DNA of 60,525 nucleotides from an uncultured virus (IMG/VR IMGVR_UViG_3300022753_000048) (lineage: Duplodnaviria > Heunggongvirae > Uroviricota > Caudoviricetes). The translations under genes were made by a program, and so were the position numbers. The stretch spans positions 62,001 through 122,525 of the IMG/VR virus record IMGVR_UViG_3300022753_000048; one strand, given 5' to 3'. The notes under the pieces were generated by a model. The model saw only the letters and a program-made list of their open reading frames with translations, was not told where the DNA came from and searched no databases. How positions within the stretch are numbered: the stretch's first letter is position 1; every line of letters starts with the position of its first letter. Positions 58,111 through 60,525 of this stretch are shown here, piece after piece.

Positions 58111-59073
58111 TTAGTCCTTTAACATATCTCTCATATCAAGAACAACAAGGTTAAACAAATCAACCTGGTCTTCTGTGATTTCAGACAGCTTCATGGGACG
58201 ACCAAAAATAATCTCAACCTTTTTCAAGATAACAGGAGCATTTTCGGGGTCTTTCTCCACAAGGACAGTCCACAATTCAGAGGCTTCCGCGCGAATTGCT
58301 TTATAATCCAATTTCTCAAATGTATCAAGAGGTGCTGTATCAGTAACAACTGCGCCATTTTCTTGCTCTTTATCGATTGCTTGGCCCAGAGCCTCTAAGA
58401 ACTCATTATAGCCAAATGGAATTCGAGGAGCAAGATATTTATATCTGGAACCTGCAACAATGGTGGGAGTAGAACGAGTCTGAATCCAACGATGACTTTC
58501 ACCATGCTCATCCCAAGTCTGAGTGATGACACCGATAATATCAACCAGGCCATTAACAATCTTTAAGCAACGATTGTTTAAGTCAGGCTTATATCCAGTG
58601 ATTTCACCATTCTCGTCAGAACTTTCCTTTAAGTGGCAAGTCATAATTAGGCCATAACCCATCATAGTAATCTTGCGGAGCGCGCTATCAAATTCCTTGG
58701 ATAGAGCAGCATAACCGCCACCATAAGGGATGTCACCAATCTTTTGCACACCATTCTGGGCGCAAATAAATTGTTCACACAGGTCGTAAGCAATTGCAAC
58801 TGTATCAACACAGATGGTTGAGAACTTGGCTTTTGCTTCTGGTTTTTCCAACTGACGAAGAACTAACTTGAATGTACTCCAAGTATCAATCTTCTGAATC
58901 ATGGCGCCAGGTCTTGCATTGGTACCAATCTCAAATGCCAACACTAAAGCATCAGGCGCCATAGTACAAAATTCAGTTTTACCAATCTTAGGTGCGCCAG
59001 CCAGGAGCAGGTATTTCGAGCGTAAATCTCTCGAAATAACCTACGGCTGAATGGCTAAAATATCAATAGCCAT
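58111..59073 (-). CDS. Sak4-like (AAA_24) ATPase/recombinase (TAG at codon 11)
   Basis: GGAGG RBS then MAIDILAIQP*VISRDLRSKYLLLAGAPKIGKT restores the Walker A motif missing from the ORF-track call; ICVDT Walker B; adjacent to SSB. Confidence 0.8.
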
Positions 59074-59087
59074 TTACGTTACCTCCA

Positions 59088-59999
59088 TTAGAAGCCCAGG
59101 TCAGCCATAGACTTCTTTGCGGCCTTAGGAGCAGTCTTGCTTTCCTTAGCCTTCTGCTTTGCCTTCAGTTCAGCCAAACGAGCCTGACGATCTTCCAAAG
59201 CGCTATGGATTTCATCCATATCAAAGGCAAAGTCACCCTCCAAAGGAGTCTGAGAACCACCAGTGATAATCAGCTCGCTGACAGAAATAGTCTTTCTCTC
59301 AATACGAGGCTCACCGAAGTCGACCTCAACCATCTTCTCCTCAGTCTTAGAGGTAAAGTTCAGCTTACCATTAATCTTAACGGTATCGCCCTGCTCCCAG
59401 TAAGAAGAAACAGCATCAATAACGTTAGGACTGGTAGCGAAGAAATCAATTACATCAACGATACCGCCGTACTGAGGCATGATACCACGAATCTTATAGC
59501 GATTGGGAATTTCCACGCCATCCTTATCGGTTTCATAACCCATGCTACCAACTGCAAAAATAACAGAGAAAGTAGCTTCAGGGGTGAACTTACTCAAATC
59601 GGTAATCTTGGTTACGAAAGAAGCATTGATACGGGGGTAAGAGTTCAGATTACCAGTCTGGCCGTAATATTCATTCATACGAATCTGCGCGCCAGTAATA
59701 CGAACACGGTCTGCGGCATCGATACCAACTGCAGCGATACTCTTATACTCGTTCATTACGCGCTCAATAGAAGCGTAAGCAGGATTAGCAGTACCCTTAT
59801 TAGTCAGCTTATTGGCAAACATATATACAGGGATATCCAGTTCGGATTCCTCGCCATTCAGCATCTGAGTAACACGAACCTTGATGGAACCGCCAATCTT
59901 TTCGACAGACTTACCATCTTTCATATAACTACCTGTCTCCAGGTCAATCTCGGACAGAATACCCTCAATCTTTACAGAATTTTCCTTAGACTCTAGCAT
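59088..59999 (-). CDS. single-stranded DNA-binding protein (OB-fold type)
   Basis: ENSVKIEGIL start, GDTVKINGKL, C-terminal DLGF tail, strong codon bias, next to the Sak4-like gene. Confidence 0.6.
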   Translation of the reverse strand: MLESKENSVKIEGILSEIDLETGSYMKDGKSVEKIGGSIKVRVTQMLNGEESELDIPVYMFANKLTNKGTANPAYASIERVMNEYKSIAAVGIDAADRVRITGAQIRMNEYYGQTGNLNSYPRINASFVTKITDLSKFTPEATFSVIFAVGSMGYETDKDGVEIPNRYKIRGIMPQYGGIVDVIDFFATSPNVIDAVSSYWEQGDTVKINGKLNFTSKTEEKMVEVDFGEPRIERKTISVSELIITGGSQTPLEGDFAFDMDEIHSALEDRQARLAELKAKQKAKESKTAPKAAKKSMADLGF

Positions 60000-60053
60000 T
60001 AAGTTTATCTCCTTGTTTTGTTTAAAGTTTCATTTAAAGTTTCATTTGCTGAT

Positions 60054-60078
60054 AAAAATGTGGGGCTTAAAGCCCCAC
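60054..60078 (-). terminator. terminator-like hairpin
   Basis: GTGGGGCTT/AAGCCCCAC stem followed by ATTTTT on the minus strand. Confidence 0.6.
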
Positions 60079-60086
60079 TATTAAAA

Positions 60087-60341
60087 TCAGTCCTCAGAGG
60101 GAACAAAGGTCTTGCCGGCTTCGGTCAGAACAACATAGGTGATGTCCTTTGCATCCTCGCCTTCACCCTTAACCTTCTCACGCATAGCCAGGCCCTTCTT
60201 CTCAGAGCACAGGTCGGTAACGTTAGCGTTAACAGAACGAGGGGTACGGTTCAGACCAGCAGCCAGTTCCTCGATGGAAACACGACCACCGTTCTCCTTG
60301 ATGTAATTGTAGACTTCCATAGACTTTTCAGTTAGCTTCAT
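60087..60341 (-). CDS. winged helix-turn-helix DNA-binding protein
   Basis: LTEKSMEVYNYIKE..SIEELAAGLNRTPRSVNANVTDL...LTEAG. Confidence 0.7.
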   Translation of the reverse strand: MKLTEKSMEVYNYIKENGGRVSIEELAAGLNRTPRSVNANVTDLCSEKKGLAMREKVKGEGEDAKDITYVVLTEAGKTFVPSED

Positions 60342-60422
60342 TGTGATTTTCTCCTTGTCAATTCGACTTTTTGTTTTGTTTTAATTTATTTAGAAGCGAG
60401 TTATCTCTCACTTTCTATAAAT

Positions 60423-60451
60423 ATTATACCAGAAAATCTTTTTATTTTCAA
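60423..60451 (-). promoter_or_regulatory. sigmaA-like promoter
   Basis: TTGAAA-17 nt-TATAAT with extended -10 TG. Confidence 0.7.
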
Positions 60452-60525
60452 ATTTTCTGAGCCAATAATTTTGAGAAAGAAAATTTACTAGGCCGTTCAA
60501 TCATAGAGGAGGTTCAACTTTCTTT

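Noticed and set aside
2702..59073. TGA recoding (table 4 or 25) or pyrrolysine use of TAG
   Set aside because: TGA is used as a real stop in ATGA overlaps. TAG aligns with Gln in an internal repeat and in conserved motifs, and no pyl genes are present.
59205..59996. 263 aa plus-strand ORF
   Set aside because: It is the antisense mirror of the codon-biased SSB gene and has no RBS.

Overview
This 60.5 kb window is part of an AT-rich, long-tailed (siphovirus-like) phage genome. The sigmaA-type promoters, GGAGG ribosome-binding sites and anaerobic ribonucleotide reductase point to an anaerobic Firmicutes host. The main result is that TAG is used as a sense codon, almost certainly Gln (translation table 15). 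The standard-code ORF track therefore shatters about 25 genes. Read with TAG=Gln, the fragments fuse into full-length, ATGA/TAATG-coupled genes that all end in TAA or TGA. Layout: (i) 54-1581, minus strand, small early-type genes in a repeated hairpin/RBS arrangement, followed by a recoded NUMOD4-HNH nuclease; (ii) 2702-37746, plus strand, a sigma-like/Zn-finger regulator, terminase, portal, protease-scaffold, capsid, neck, two tail-tube paralogues around a GIY-YIG nuclease, a ~2840 aa tape measure protein, Dit, Tal and two fibre-like proteins; (iii) 37877-40697, plus strand, an uncharacterised six-gene Cys/Gly/Tyr-rich operon ending in a papain-like peptidase; (iv) 40710-60341, minus strand, DNA metabolism genes (RuvC-like, dUTPase, ThyX-like, nrdG, nrdD, dnaE, RecJ-like, primase, DnaB-like helicase, Sak4-like ATPase, SSB). 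TAG placement is strongly non-random. It is absent from the core replisome and the most abundant virion proteins, dense in minor virion proteins, and present as single gate-like codons in recombination genes and the peptidase. I found no suppressor tRNA, release factor, integrase, lysis gene or CRISPR array in the window. All product calls come from motif recognition by eye and gene order, not from database searches.
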